Source of the DNA: Vampirovibrio sp.
GTDB taxonomy: Bacteria > Cyanobacteriota > Vampirovibrionia > Vampirovibrionales > JAJTHC01
Direction: 5' to 3'
DNA: 64,000 nt
NCBI GenBank assembly: GCA_050916035.1
Contig: CP050876.1
Span: 1,120,635 to 1,184,634 of the forward strand
Part shown: piece after piece, positions 10,274 through 19,393 of the stretch
Numbering within the stretch: position 1 is the stretch's first letter
Layout: each line of letters opens with the position of its first letter
Position numbers and translations under genes: made by a program
Notes under the pieces: model-generated
What the model was told of the DNA's origin: nothing
The model's input: the letters and a program-made list of their open reading frames with translations, nothing else
Database searches by the model: none

Positions 10274-10552
10274 TCTCCTCAATACAGGGATTCAAGCGTC
10301 AACTACAGCGACAAATTCAAGGGGGTGTCTTCGAGTTCGGGGAGTGCTTCTAGTGGGGCATTTAAGGCTTCTAGGTTGTCCCATGTATCAACAGGTTGTC
10401 GTGGGGGGTGTCGCCTACGGTTTCTATTTGTTTAAGTAACCTAAAGGGTATGCTTTCGTGGGCGTGCAGGGCTTCTTCCTTGCCTGTACACTGTTAACAA
10501 AGGTTAGTTTTTATCGTATAATGCTTTTCATTGAAGCGAAAGGAGTATTATA

Positions 10553-10897
10553 ATGTCTCTAGATAAAAGGCTTTACCCCTTAGAAGACACTCGGTTTCTT
10601 AAAGAAATAGAACCACTGATCCAGCAGTCCTATATTTGGAAGGGGAGACCCCCCAAAGTATCCCACTATAATGTCTTTTGTGCCGTCCTCTATGTTTTAA
10701 GAACAGGCATTGCGTGGCGGGACCTGCCTAAGGAATTCGGCAATTGGCACACCATTTATACTCGTTTTTCACGGTGGAGCGAAAAAGGATTGTGGTGGAA
10801 AATCCTCTATACCCTGCAATCGCAAAGAAAAATGACCCTCGATGTCGTCATGCTAGACAGCACCACCTTTAAAGTTCACCGTCACGGAGGCGGTTAA
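10553..10897 (+). CDS. IS5-family transposase orfA
   Basis: 114 aa. The GIAWRDLP motif is shared with IS5/IS427 transposases. Confidence 0.65.
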   Translation: MSLDKRLYPLEDTRFLKEIEPLIQQSYIWKGRPPKVSHYNVFCAVLYVLRTGIAWRDLPKEFGNWHTIYTRFSRWSEKGLWWKILYTLQSQRKMTLDVVMLDSTTFKVHRHGGG

Positions 10898-10955
10898 AAG
10901 GGGGTTTCAAAGCAAAGGGAAATCCGTTGCAGGCATTACCACCAAGCTTCATCTC

Positions 10956-11264
10956 TTGATTTCAAGCGGCTTTCAAGTCATCGAAGAGGTTTTAAGTGGT
11001 GGCAACACGCATGACGTTTGTTTTGCAGACCAATTAACGGAAAACATTTACGGTTGCGCTGTTTTGGCTGACAAGAGTTACGACAGCGATCCGTATCGTC
11101 AAAGACTTTTTTCTCGAAACAATAAACCTGTGATTCCAGGTAGGGAAGGTCGAAAAACGCCTATTGTGTATGATAAAAAACTTTACAAAGCGCGTAGAAA
11201 TATTGAATTATTATTTGGAAGAATCAAGGAGCAGAAGCGTGAAGCGTTTGGTGGCTCGTTTTGA
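10956..11264 (+). CDS. IS5-family transposase orfB (DDE part), possibly frameshift-fused to orfA
   Basis: 102 aa with ADKSYDSD and YKARRNIELLFGRIKE, the DDE_Tnp_1 C-terminal signature. Confidence 0.65.
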   Translation: MISSGFQVIEEVLSGGNTHDVCFADQLTENIYGCAVLADKSYDSDPYRQRLFSRNNKPVIPGREGRKTPIVYDKKLYKARRNIELLFGRIKEQKREAFGGSF

Positions 11265-11381
11265 GACGTCTGACCTTCATTTTCTTTCGGTTATTGCGAT
11301 GGCCTTTATTAAAAACTGGCTTAAACTAAACCTTTGTTAACAATTACTAATCCCTCATCAAGGAACCCCTGTAGACGGCCA

Positions 11382-12302
11382 TTAAACAGAGGCTTGCAAA
11401 TAGGTTTCTGGGTTTTTCACCTGTCCTGCTTGGACCACTTCAAAATGGAGATGAGGCCCTGTGGCACGACCCGTCTGGCCCACCAAGGCAATCGTTTCGC
11501 CTGCTTCAACATGTTGGCCAAGCGTCACGACGGTTTTAGAGCAGTGAGCGTACTTGGTGATCAGGCCATGACCATGATCCACCATAACCAAGAGACCGTA
11601 ACTGCCTTGGCGTCCGCTAAAAATCACGGTGCCTGAAGCGGATGCCATAATGGGACTTCCTGTAGGAGAAGCCAAGTCTAATCCTTGATGTAAGCGACCC
11701 GCGCGTCTACCAAAGGGAGAACTGGCCTGCATATGAAATAAAGGTTTTTTCAGTATAAAGGGATTGGCTCGTACTGCGTCGACATGCTTGCGGTGACGCG
11801 CTTTAAACCATGAGGAGTCTTGTCGAACAAATTTAGGTAAGGCCGTTTTAATGTTAGGAGCGGATTGAATGCTCGTCGCGTCGGGCGTTAATAAAGGGGT
11901 GTACTGTGCGTTTGAAGCGCGGCTCGCTTCTTTTGAAATGTCAGCACTTGCTTGAGGGGAAGCATTCATCCACTGTTCGCTTTCAATGACCTCTTCTTGA
12001 TAGCTGGTTTCGACAAGATCAGACTGTAGCAACTCATGAATCACTCGTACATTGTCGTGGGCATTCTGTTCCGCCATCATCGGTAGTACGGAATCTGCCA
12101 TGGCTACGTTTAAAGACAATAGGCTTCCAATGGCGAAGTGAGCGATCGGGATCATCCATAGCCACCACCAAGTACGAGGCTTTGCAGAACTTTTTGCTTG
12201 GTTTTTAATCGTGTGGTTTAAAACACTGGGGGCCAAACGGGGCAAAACAGGCAGCGCAACAAAATTCAAAGGTGAGTAAGGCTGTACGATGTGTTCAGAC
12301 AT
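11382..12302 (-). CDS. M23-family metallopeptidase (LytM/NlpD-like) with N-terminal TM segment
   Basis: C-terminal HQGLDLA..GSPIMA..GTVIF..YGLLVMVDHGHGL.TKYAH..GETIALVGQTG.ATGPHLHFEV carries the Peptidase_M23 motifs. Confidence 0.8.
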   Translation of the reverse strand: MSEHIVQPYSPLNFVALPVLPRLAPSVLNHTIKNQAKSSAKPRTWWWLWMIPIAHFAIGSLLSLNVAMADSVLPMMAEQNAHDNVRVIHELLQSDLVETSYQEEVIESEQWMNASPQASADISKEASRASNAQYTPLLTPDATSIQSAPNIKTALPKFVRQDSSWFKARHRKHVDAVRANPFILKKPLFHMQASSPFGRRAGRLHQGLDLASPTGSPIMASASGTVIFSGRQGSYGLLVMVDHGHGLITKYAHCSKTVVTLGQHVEAGETIALVGQTGRATGPHLHFEVVQAGQVKNPETYLQASV

Positions 12303-12511
12303 TTGTTATCCATTTCCCATTTTTAAAAGCACAAAGGATCTAACGTGAACCACTAGTAGTAATAAAACCGAAAGGTCTTTATTTTTTGCCTTAGGGTTAC
12401 AAATTGTTACCTCGGATACCTCGTAGTGTACAAGGTGAACTGTTTTTTGTAAATCAAAAAACGCCCTTACTCAAAAAGGGAAACTCACAAAGAGCTTCCC
12501 TTTTGTAACAT

Positions 12512-12715
12512 TTAATTGATCGAATGCCATGGCAAGAAGTCGATCCAGCGCTGTTGAACCAAGGGTCTTAGCTGTAAATCTTTTTGTTTTTCAGATTCTT
12601 CGAAAATAATCAAAATCGCTTTTAAATCTTGGGACACTTCAGCAGATAATTTATTACAAACAGGTTCGGCAATGTATCCTAGCAACGTCGAAATTTGAGG
12701 CTCAGTTAAAGGCAT
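12512..12715 (-). CDS. small hypothetical protein (67 aa if start at MPLTEP)
   Basis: ORF-track ORF 12512-12823. The internal start at 12715 avoids the polypurine tract. No known domain. Confidence 0.3.
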   Translation of the reverse strand: MPLTEPQISTLLGYIAEPVCNKLSAEVSQDLKAILIIFEESEKQKDLQLRPLVQQRWIDFLPWHSIN

Positions 12716-13201
12716 AGTAGTGATGGACTCTTTTATATTGAAAGGGGGGTGAACATAAGGGGAAAATAAGACACGTGTGTAGCAAAGGAAATCTTGAGAA
12801 TAAAGCACGTGGTTTCTGAACAAGAAAGAAAGGGAGAAAAGGGAAAGAGGGGAGGAGGGAAAGTCATTTCAACGGATTTGTCCTTCAAGGCCAGGGGTCT
12901 TGATGCGAAAAATCCATTATTTTTCTGTACGAGAGGGGACACCAGCACACGCTGAGGTGGGGAACCTAATGCATGTGTGTGGAGTGTGTAAGAAGGAAAT
13001 GTATGTGTGAAGGAAGAAAGGAGGGAGGAAGGAGAAGAGCGGGTTGATTGCTCTGTGCTTTAATAAAGTTAAGTTTCTCTCAATAATTGCTTCTGTGTTA
13101 CCCTTTGTTACAGATGAATCCATCACGCGCTGTATTGAGGCTTTTTGCAGAGGGCACCCGTCCTACTTTCAAGGTGTTAAGGGCGCTGTAGCCCTTTTTG
13201 T

Positions 13202-13486
13202 TTAGACCTTTCCCAAAATACGAAACAAGGCGGTTTGCATTAAATTGAGTTGTTCTTGCATACTATGAAGCTGGCGTTGAACATCCCCTAAATGTTCACT
13301 AATTTCCTGACGCTTGATATAATGTTCTGCCACGTAGGCTTTTAATTCCTGATGTTCCCCAGAAGAGACAAAGACTTTTAAAGACAAGAGCCAAGACAAA
13401 ACACCCACACCGCAAGCCGTCATCCATAATCCAATTTGCCAAGGGGGATGGTCTAAAAGAAGAGAAAGCGATGGATCGGTGGGCAT
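13202..13486 (-). CDS. small hypothetical membrane/coiled-coil protein (94 aa)
   Basis: One predicted TM helix (IGLWMTACGVGVLSWLLSL) followed by a coiled-coil region. No known domain. Confidence 0.35.
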   Translation of the reverse strand: MPTDPSLSLLLDHPPWQIGLWMTACGVGVLSWLLSLKVFVSSGEHQELKAYVAEHYIKRQEISEHLGDVQRQLHSMQEQLNLMQTALFRILGKV

Positions 13487-13675
13487 GTCCAGTATGTCCT
13501 TTGTCGGTTATAGATGAGAGGCTTCCAAAAACCTAGCTGCGTCGTCTTATTAGTATACAAAATTTATCCGTCTAAAAAACAGTGTCTCATTCACACGATT
13601 TTTTAAAAGAGGAGAAGCAAGTCTGATTTTAATATGGCTCCTCACCATAATACGGAAAGGTTTAGCCCTAGATTC

Positions 13676-14002
13676 CTCGCTTTCGTTTTGAGCTGGTGAC
13701 GTCAGAGACCTTTTCGCGGAAAAAGGTCTCCAACACCTCTAAATCCGTTCAAGGAGGAGTGAAAAGAAGGAAATTGTTGCGGCTCTCCTTCTCTTCCCCC
13801 CTCCTTGAAAATCCTCCCCCCTTCTCATCCTTTTCGCTTGCTCCACTTGCTTACGTGGGACGTCCGCAAAACCCCTCAGGGGATTCGCCATGCGCTCACC
13901 CGCTCGGATTTAGTGCGTGGACGTCGGTTAGTGCAAGGGTTTAAACAAGTCACGTCTTAGCAAAAAGCACTATCGTTCCGCCGTTTAATGAGGAAGCCTC
14001 TC
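13676..14002 (+). repeat. dispersed intergenic repeat, copy 1 (palindromic core GAGACCTTTTCGCGGAAAAAGGTCTC)
   Basis: Shares TCGCTTCGTTTTGAGCT..GTCAGAGACCTTTTCGCGGAAAAAGGTCTCCAACACCTCTAAATCCGTTCAAGG..GACGTCCGCAAAA..GAGGAAGCCTCTC with copies at 27108-27376 and 53170-53535. Confidence 0.8.
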
Positions 14003-14023
14003 TTTTTTATGACACCTAAAAGC

Positions 14024-15055
14024 CTAGTGAAACGCCTGTACCATCTCTTGAGCGACCCCAATGGCATGCTGAAAAACGACAGGATCTTCCAATTGATCTA
14101 AATACGACCAAATCCGCTTTCGAGCCAAAGTCCCCAAGCCTACCCCCGCAATCGTGCGATAGGGAGGGAGCCGCCTTAAACGAGCCGTTTCTAAGTTGAT
14201 GCCCCCTGATACCGTGACCTTCCATCGCGTCGCAAAGGAAGCCGGTAGCGTTCGCGTCGCGTCTAAAGCAGGCAGGCTAGATTCTTTCTCTTCACTGGCT
14301 TGCATCGCTTGGCCGTCGATTTGTAACATCACGCCATAGGGCTTAATTTCTGCACAGTGGGCTGCAAAGGCCTTTAAATACAAGTCCACCACTTCTGGGG
14401 GATGTTCTTGAGGGCGAAAACAGAGAGAAATCCATTTATTGTTTAAAGTCATTCCCAATGCCTTGACCAAACGCCCCAAGGCGGAGACGTCCAAGTGATG
14501 CGTATGGAGTTCCACCGCACCCACCATGGGGTGCGACAACACATGGAGCAATTGTTCAGGGAGATACTGAAGGGCTTTAAAGGACAAAGCCTCCGTGGGA
14601 CAGGTGGGCAGACAACGAGAACACCCATAGCAACGGGCGTCATTAATCTGAAATTGCTGACTGGTATCGAAAGACAGTGCTTCTACAGGGCAAGAGGAAA
14701 GACAATCTCCACAGTCCACACAAAGCGAACGCGTCACCTGTACCTTACGAAAATGAGGATCCCCATCCACATCTAAGCTCACCATTAACAAAGGCTTCGA
14801 AATATTTTCGGGTAGTTTTTCATAGGCACGCAAAGCCGCTTCTAAAACAGGGGGTTCACAAGCAATATCAATACAATCGGCCCCAGCGTGGGCGTACACT
14901 TCAACCAAGGCTTCGATTTTGGGAAGGTCTTGAAAACTCGCCCCGCAAATTAATTTAAAATAGGTCTGAGCATCTAGGGCCTGACGAACCCGACGCAACG
15001 CCTCTTCTACAGGGGCTACACGCACTGGGCTAGACGCTGACACGACGACCTTCAC
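14024..15055 (-). CDS. 4Fe-4S dicluster ferredoxin-domain protein
   Basis: Two CxxCxxCxxxCP motifs (CVDCGDCLSSCP and CYGCSRCLPTCP). Otherwise uncharacterised, 343 aa. Confidence 0.55.
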   Translation of the reverse strand: MKVVVSASSPVRVAPVEEALRRVRQALDAQTYFKLICGASFQDLPKIEALVEVYAHAGADCIDIACEPPVLEAALRAYEKLPENISKPLLMVSLDVDGDPHFRKVQVTRSLCVDCGDCLSSCPVEALSFDTSQQFQINDARCYGCSRCLPTCPTEALSFKALQYLPEQLLHVLSHPMVGAVELHTHHLDVSALGRLVKALGMTLNNKWISLCFRPQEHPPEVVDLYLKAFAAHCAEIKPYGVMLQIDGQAMQASEEKESSLPALDATRTLPASFATRWKVTVSGGINLETARLRRLPPYRTIAGVGLGTLARKRIWSYLDQLEDPVVFQHAIGVAQEMVQAFH

Positions 15056-15689
15056 CTTCTAGGGCCTGACGCAAGCGTGCATATTCAGGGTCTCGATAAA
15101 AGGCGGAAGACGCCGTTGAAGGCCTACCACTGTATTTACTAAAACGTTTTTTAGCGTACGGCAATAAAGTTTCACGCCCTTCATAAAAACAAATTTGAGA
15201 CACTCGAACCCCTGGATATAAAGGCAGTGGCACCATAGACACATTGGAAAGTTCAAACGTCAAAGAACCTGAAAAGCCTGGGTCCACAAAGCCGGCCGTG
15301 GCATGAATTTGAAGGCCAAGGCGCCCCCACGTGCTACGACCTTCTAGACGAGCCGACAAGTCCAAGGGAATACGGATATGTTCTAAAGTCGAAGCCAAGG
15401 CAAATTCACCAGGATGCAAGACAAAGGGTTCCCCAACAGGGACATGAACCCATTCCCACAATTCATGCATTTCTTGTTGTAATTGAACGGGATCCGCCAA
15501 AGGATCCACATGCGTATAGTTGGATCGACGCATAACTTGAAAATCAGTTCCCAAGCGTAAATCTAAAGACGTGGGGCCAAATTGTTCTTCAGGGGCGATG
15601 AGGGGGGTAATGGTTAAACGTTTTTCAGGGTCAGGATGCACCAAACGGGCCAAAATTTGAGATTCATTCATAATCGTCATAGGGCTCAA
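15030..15689 (-). CDS. dcd: dCTP deaminase-like (dUTPase superfamily)
   Basis: TSLDLRLG and GFVDPGFSGSLTFELSN are Dcd-like motifs. 219 aa. Confidence 0.6.
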   Translation of the reverse strand: MSPMTIMNESQILARLVHPDPEKRLTITPLIAPEEQFGPTSLDLRLGTDFQVMRRSNYTHVDPLADPVQLQQEMHELWEWVHVPVGEPFVLHPGEFALASTLEHIRIPLDLSARLEGRSTWGRLGLQIHATAGFVDPGFSGSLTFELSNVSMVPLPLYPGVRVSQICFYEGRETLLPYAKKRFSKYSGRPSTASSAFYRDPEYARLRQALEGEGRRVSV

Positions 15690-15694
15690 TTTCC

Positions 15695-17098
15695 TTACAC
15701 AAAACTAAAAGGCTTTAAGGCAACAGACGCTTGGGCATTTGTTGAATGACGGTTGGAGGGAGTCGGGGATTTTCGACAATGACGACGAGGCTGTCCCAAT
15801 AAAACGTGATGAACATCCGCCGTTTCAATGGACTTCATAAAACGTTGTTGAAAGGCGTCTTGTGAAGGCCAAAAGGCGTCCCACCAATCGGAAAAATCGT
15901 CAGGCGCCACTTGCATGATCCCGTCTAGAGTCAAAAAGGCGTCTTCTAATCGATGCATCCACCCAGCCAACATCATTTCTTTGGCCCCCACGGGGGTTTC
16001 TCGTACTTGGGCAATGAGTTGATAAATAGCGCCTTGTTCGTGCAAGGCTTCATAATCAGGGGTTTCTGTACTTTCTTCAGTCAGGCCAAGGGTTTGAAGC
16101 TTGGTCCAGACTTCGTTTAAATCATTATGCTGAATCGCTGAAACAGGGAGCCCTTCTTTTAAGCGCGCTTGTAAAAGCAAGGCTTCTGCCGTGTGGCGTT
16201 CACTAAAGCTATCGGTTCGACTGACTTGGTGGTCGACCATCCGTAAAATAGATTTAAAATCTACGTCTTCGACATCATCGCGCATACGCTTGCTTAACGA
16301 CGACACGTCTTGACTAAGCGCTTCTACCACGCTATGTAAACGAAGCACTTGAGGCGTCGTCGTGCCAAAGAAATGAAGGGCGTCCAAGAGCAATGGTTCG
16401 ACTTTGGCAAGCGCCAAATAATCTCGATTCACCAGATGCGCCACCATCCATTCCATATAATAGGCAGCACCCCAAACCCGAATCCCTAGCGCATGAGCCG
16501 TCATCGCCGTTTTCCATGTTGAAACCGATCTCTGCTTTTCGCCTTCTAAAGCAGGCTGTAATTGTTCGGCCCATGTATTGAGAAACGCGTAAGACGCAAC
16601 CATCCATTGAGTCGGTAAAGCATGGTAAACAGAAGGCAATCGCTCCACCAAAACCGTGGGTAAAGGCCAGTCCAAGGCCGCACTAGGACTATCCATTAAA
16701 AAGACCCGACTGTCCATGTCATTTAAAAAAGACAGCGGCAAAACGGCATTCAATAAATGGAGCATTTCCATACGAGGCGCCTGAGGATCTAAGGCTTGCA
16801 TGAGTCGAGCCAAACGCTTACTTTCTTGCTGAATACTTTGTAGCGGAAGCAGTAAGGCGTCGGTGGTGCCTTCTCCATCCGTGGCGCTTTTCACCAAGGC
16901 TTGTACCTGTGTCAAGGTCTGTAAGATATGGGAGTGAAGATGCGTTTTAAGCGATTTGATCGTCGTGCTGGTTTCTTTTTTAAGGCAAAGTTGGTGGAGG
17001 CGACCCTGTAACTGAAGCAAAGCGCTGACGACATGGTGCGCGGCAAGCGTGATACTGACCTGCTTGAAAGAACCTGTATAAAAAAGAGACATCATCAT
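15695..17098 (-). CDS. hypothetical protein (467 aa)
   Basis: Long ORF with no recognisable motif. Confidence 0.4.
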   Translation of the reverse strand: MMMSLFYTGSFKQVSITLAAHHVVSALLQLQGRLHQLCLKKETSTTIKSLKTHLHSHILQTLTQVQALVKSATDGEGTTDALLLPLQSIQQESKRLARLMQALDPQAPRMEMLHLLNAVLPLSFLNDMDSRVFLMDSPSAALDWPLPTVLVERLPSVYHALPTQWMVASYAFLNTWAEQLQPALEGEKQRSVSTWKTAMTAHALGIRVWGAAYYMEWMVAHLVNRDYLALAKVEPLLLDALHFFGTTTPQVLRLHSVVEALSQDVSSLSKRMRDDVEDVDFKSILRMVDHQVSRTDSFSERHTAEALLLQARLKEGLPVSAIQHNDLNEVWTKLQTLGLTEESTETPDYEALHEQGAIYQLIAQVRETPVGAKEMMLAGWMHRLEDAFLTLDGIMQVAPDDFSDWWDAFWPSQDAFQQRFMKSIETADVHHVLLGQPRRHCRKSPTPSNRHSTNAQASVALKPFSFV

Positions 17099-17403
17099 GC
17101 AAAGCGTCCTTGAAACAAACCACGGTGACTCGGTCGTGTCGACATTGGATTAAGGTTTAATACGTCTAGTATAGTCAGGACTTCGCTCAGAACACAAGGC
17201 ATCGGCCTGCTTTGTTACGTTCGGTTATCTTTCTTCATATTTCTTAATTTTAGAGTACGGCTTCTTTCTTGCGATGCCTTCTAGAAGTCGTTTTCTCAGG
17301 CTCAAAAAGAAAGCCCTTCCCCCTAGTCAAAGACGCCTCTTTCTAGTAAAATCAACAGAGATCTAAAATAACGCGACAAAAGAACAAAGGAGCCTGTGCT
17401 TCA

Positions 17404-18408
17404 TTGAACGCCACGACCCCGAGCATTGCCGTCACCCTAGGAGATACCCAAGGCATTGGGCCTGAGTTGTCTTTAAAAGTAGCCAATGCGTGGGTTAATC
17501 AAGCGAAGCCTTCGCATTCCCTTCGTTTTTATGGCGACATTCCCACGGGGGATGCCCTTGCCGTTTCCTTGGGCTTGACGCCTCTACAAACCTTGGCGAC
17601 TCAATACCCCACACTTATTACTTTACAAGCGACTCCCCCGACGCGCCACAGTGGGGAAGCAGCTTATCTCGCGGTGAAGGAGGCGGTAAAGGACGCTTTG
17701 AATCAACGCGTCTTGGGCGTGGTGACCAATCCCATTTCAAAAGCGAACTGGTGGCAGGCAGGGATCCCTTATACAGGCCATACAGAAGCCTTAGAAGCCT
17801 TAGTTCAAGCGGCACACCCCCATGAACAAGCCCCTATGCAAGCAGATATGTTTTTTGTCTACCAAAATTTTCGTTTATTGCTTTTAACCCGTCATGTGCC
17901 GCTTGCCCAAGTCAGTCAGACCTTAAATTTAGAGCAAGCGCAACAGTCGTTAAGTACTTTAATTACGCATTTACGGCAGTCGTTGCCTGAAAAACCACTT
18001 CGCTTGGCGCTGTTAGGAGTGAATCCTCATGCAGGGGAAATTGGCGGAGCAGAAGAAGCCCGCATTTTACGGCCCTTACAAGCATGGGTGCATGAGCATT
18101 TTCCCCAGGTGGAGATGTCGTCACCTCTGCCTGCGGATGCTTTTTTCAGAGGCTTTCAGGCTGGTTCTGCCAAAGGCTACGACGCGGTGGTGAGTCCTTA
18201 TCATGATCAAGGACTCATTGCCATGAAATTATTAGGGGGTTTTGAAGCCGTAAATGTGACCATTGGCCTGCCCTTTTTAAGAACCAGTGTGAGTCACGGG
18301 ATGGCTAGCGATATTGTCGGTCAAGGGCTTGCCAATCCGCTGAGTTTAAACGCCGCGATTCAGTATGTGTGTGGATCGCACGAACGTTTAGAAGCCCCTT
18401 TGACTTAA
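17404..18408 (+). CDS. pdxA: 4-hydroxythreonine-4-phosphate dehydrogenase family (PdxA)
   Basis: GDTQGIGPEL, NPHAGE and YHDQGLIAMK..GLPF.RTSV.HG.A.DI.G.G.A are PdxA family motifs. Confidence 0.7.
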   Translation: MNATTPSIAVTLGDTQGIGPELSLKVANAWVNQAKPSHSLRFYGDIPTGDALAVSLGLTPLQTLATQYPTLITLQATPPTRHSGEAAYLAVKEAVKDALNQRVLGVVTNPISKANWWQAGIPYTGHTEALEALVQAAHPHEQAPMQADMFFVYQNFRLLLLTRHVPLAQVSQTLNLEQAQQSLSTLITHLRQSLPEKPLRLALLGVNPHAGEIGGAEEARILRPLQAWVHEHFPQVEMSSPLPADAFFRGFQAGSAKGYDAVVSPYHDQGLIAMKLLGGFEAVNVTIGLPFLRTSVSHGMASDIVGQGLANPLSLNAAIQYVCGSHERLEAPLT

Positions 18409-18451
18409 AGTATCCCCCTTCTTCATTAAGAAAAAAAGGGGGTAGGAATAC

Positions 18452-19297
18452 TTAGGTAGTGTCGACATATAAATAATGATATAATAAATCCAAGATCTAG
18501 TTGTTTTGAGGGATTTATTATGAACGATTATATTCAATACGAGTTGTCTAAAGCCCAATGGAATCAGATAAAAGAGGCTCTACCTGGTCAGTCGCATCAT
18601 AGAGGACGCACTGCCGAAAACAACCGTCTTTTTGTAGAAGCGGTATTATGGATGGGGCGAAACGGGGGAAGATGGAGGTCGCTTCCCTATTATTACGGCA
18701 AGTGGAGCAGTGTTCACAAGCGCTTCATTCGTTGGGCGAAACAAGGCATTTGGCAAATGATTTTCAACACCCTTGCCACATCGGCAGATACCGAATGGCT
18801 TATGATTGATTCGACGATTATTCGCGCCCACCAGTGTTCAGCAGGGGCAAAAAAAGTGCCGGAAAACAAGCGTTAGGACGATCGTCAGGGGGCTATACGA
18901 GTAAGCTTCACGCCGTTTGTGACAGCCACGGCAACCCCGTTCGCTTTATCGTCACCGCAGGGCAGGTTTCCGACTCAACCCAAGCCATCCCTTTGTTAAA
19001 AGGGCTTGAAGCCACGGCGGTTTTGGCGGACAAGGGCTATGTTTCAGAACAAATATTTGAGGCGATTCACCTCATGGGGGCTGAAGTGGTCATCCCTAAT
19101 AAAAGCAATGCGGTGGCTCCTCGTCAAGTCGATTACTTCCTTTACAAGGCTCGCCACTTGGTAGAAAACTTGTTTAAAGACCTTAAAAACTTCAGGCGAA
19201 TGGCAACCCGTTACGATAAATTAGATGTGGCTTATTTGTCTTTTGTTCATCTTGCTTCTATTTGTTTATGGCTTAAGTAAATGTCGACACTACCTAA
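18452..19297 (+). mobile_element. IS5-family (IS427-like) element, copy 2, 846 bp
   Basis: Same 17-bp IRs as copy 1. orfA is 18520-18876 and orfB is 18834-19280. There is one synonymous difference from copy 1 (agc vs agt). It is inserted just after the hairpin CCCCCTT..AAGGGGG downstream of pdxA. Confidence 0.85.
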
Positions 19298-19393
19298 GCA
19301 ATTTGTCTAAATATAAAACGTTTATATAGGGGAACCGCATTTCATTCCTTTATTTTTTGATATAGAGATCAATTGAGAGAGAGAACCCAAATT

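Larger units (their letters stand above)
10493..11341 (+). mobile_element. second IS5-family element (different from copy 1) with orfA/orfB, about 849 bp
   Basis: Near-perfect terminal IRs GTTAACAAAGGTTAGTTT (10493-10510) and AAACTAAACCTTTGTTAAC (11323-11341). orfA is 10553-10897 (IS5/IS427-like HTH, LRTGIAWRDLP). orfB is 10956-11264 (DDE part, LADKSYDSD). Confidence 0.75.

Noticed and set aside
13696-13944. 82-aa ORF inside the dispersed repeat copy 1
   Set aside because: The same DNA recurs as a non-coding-looking repeat at two other loci, where the frame is not conserved and the region is low-complexity. It is more likely a repeat element than a gene.
18413-18441. Hairpin CCCCCTT..AAGGGGG after pdxA, considered as an intrinsic terminator
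   Set aside because: The stem is present but there is no downstream U-tract, because the IS begins 11 bp later. It is reported only as context for the IS insertion, not as a terminator feature.
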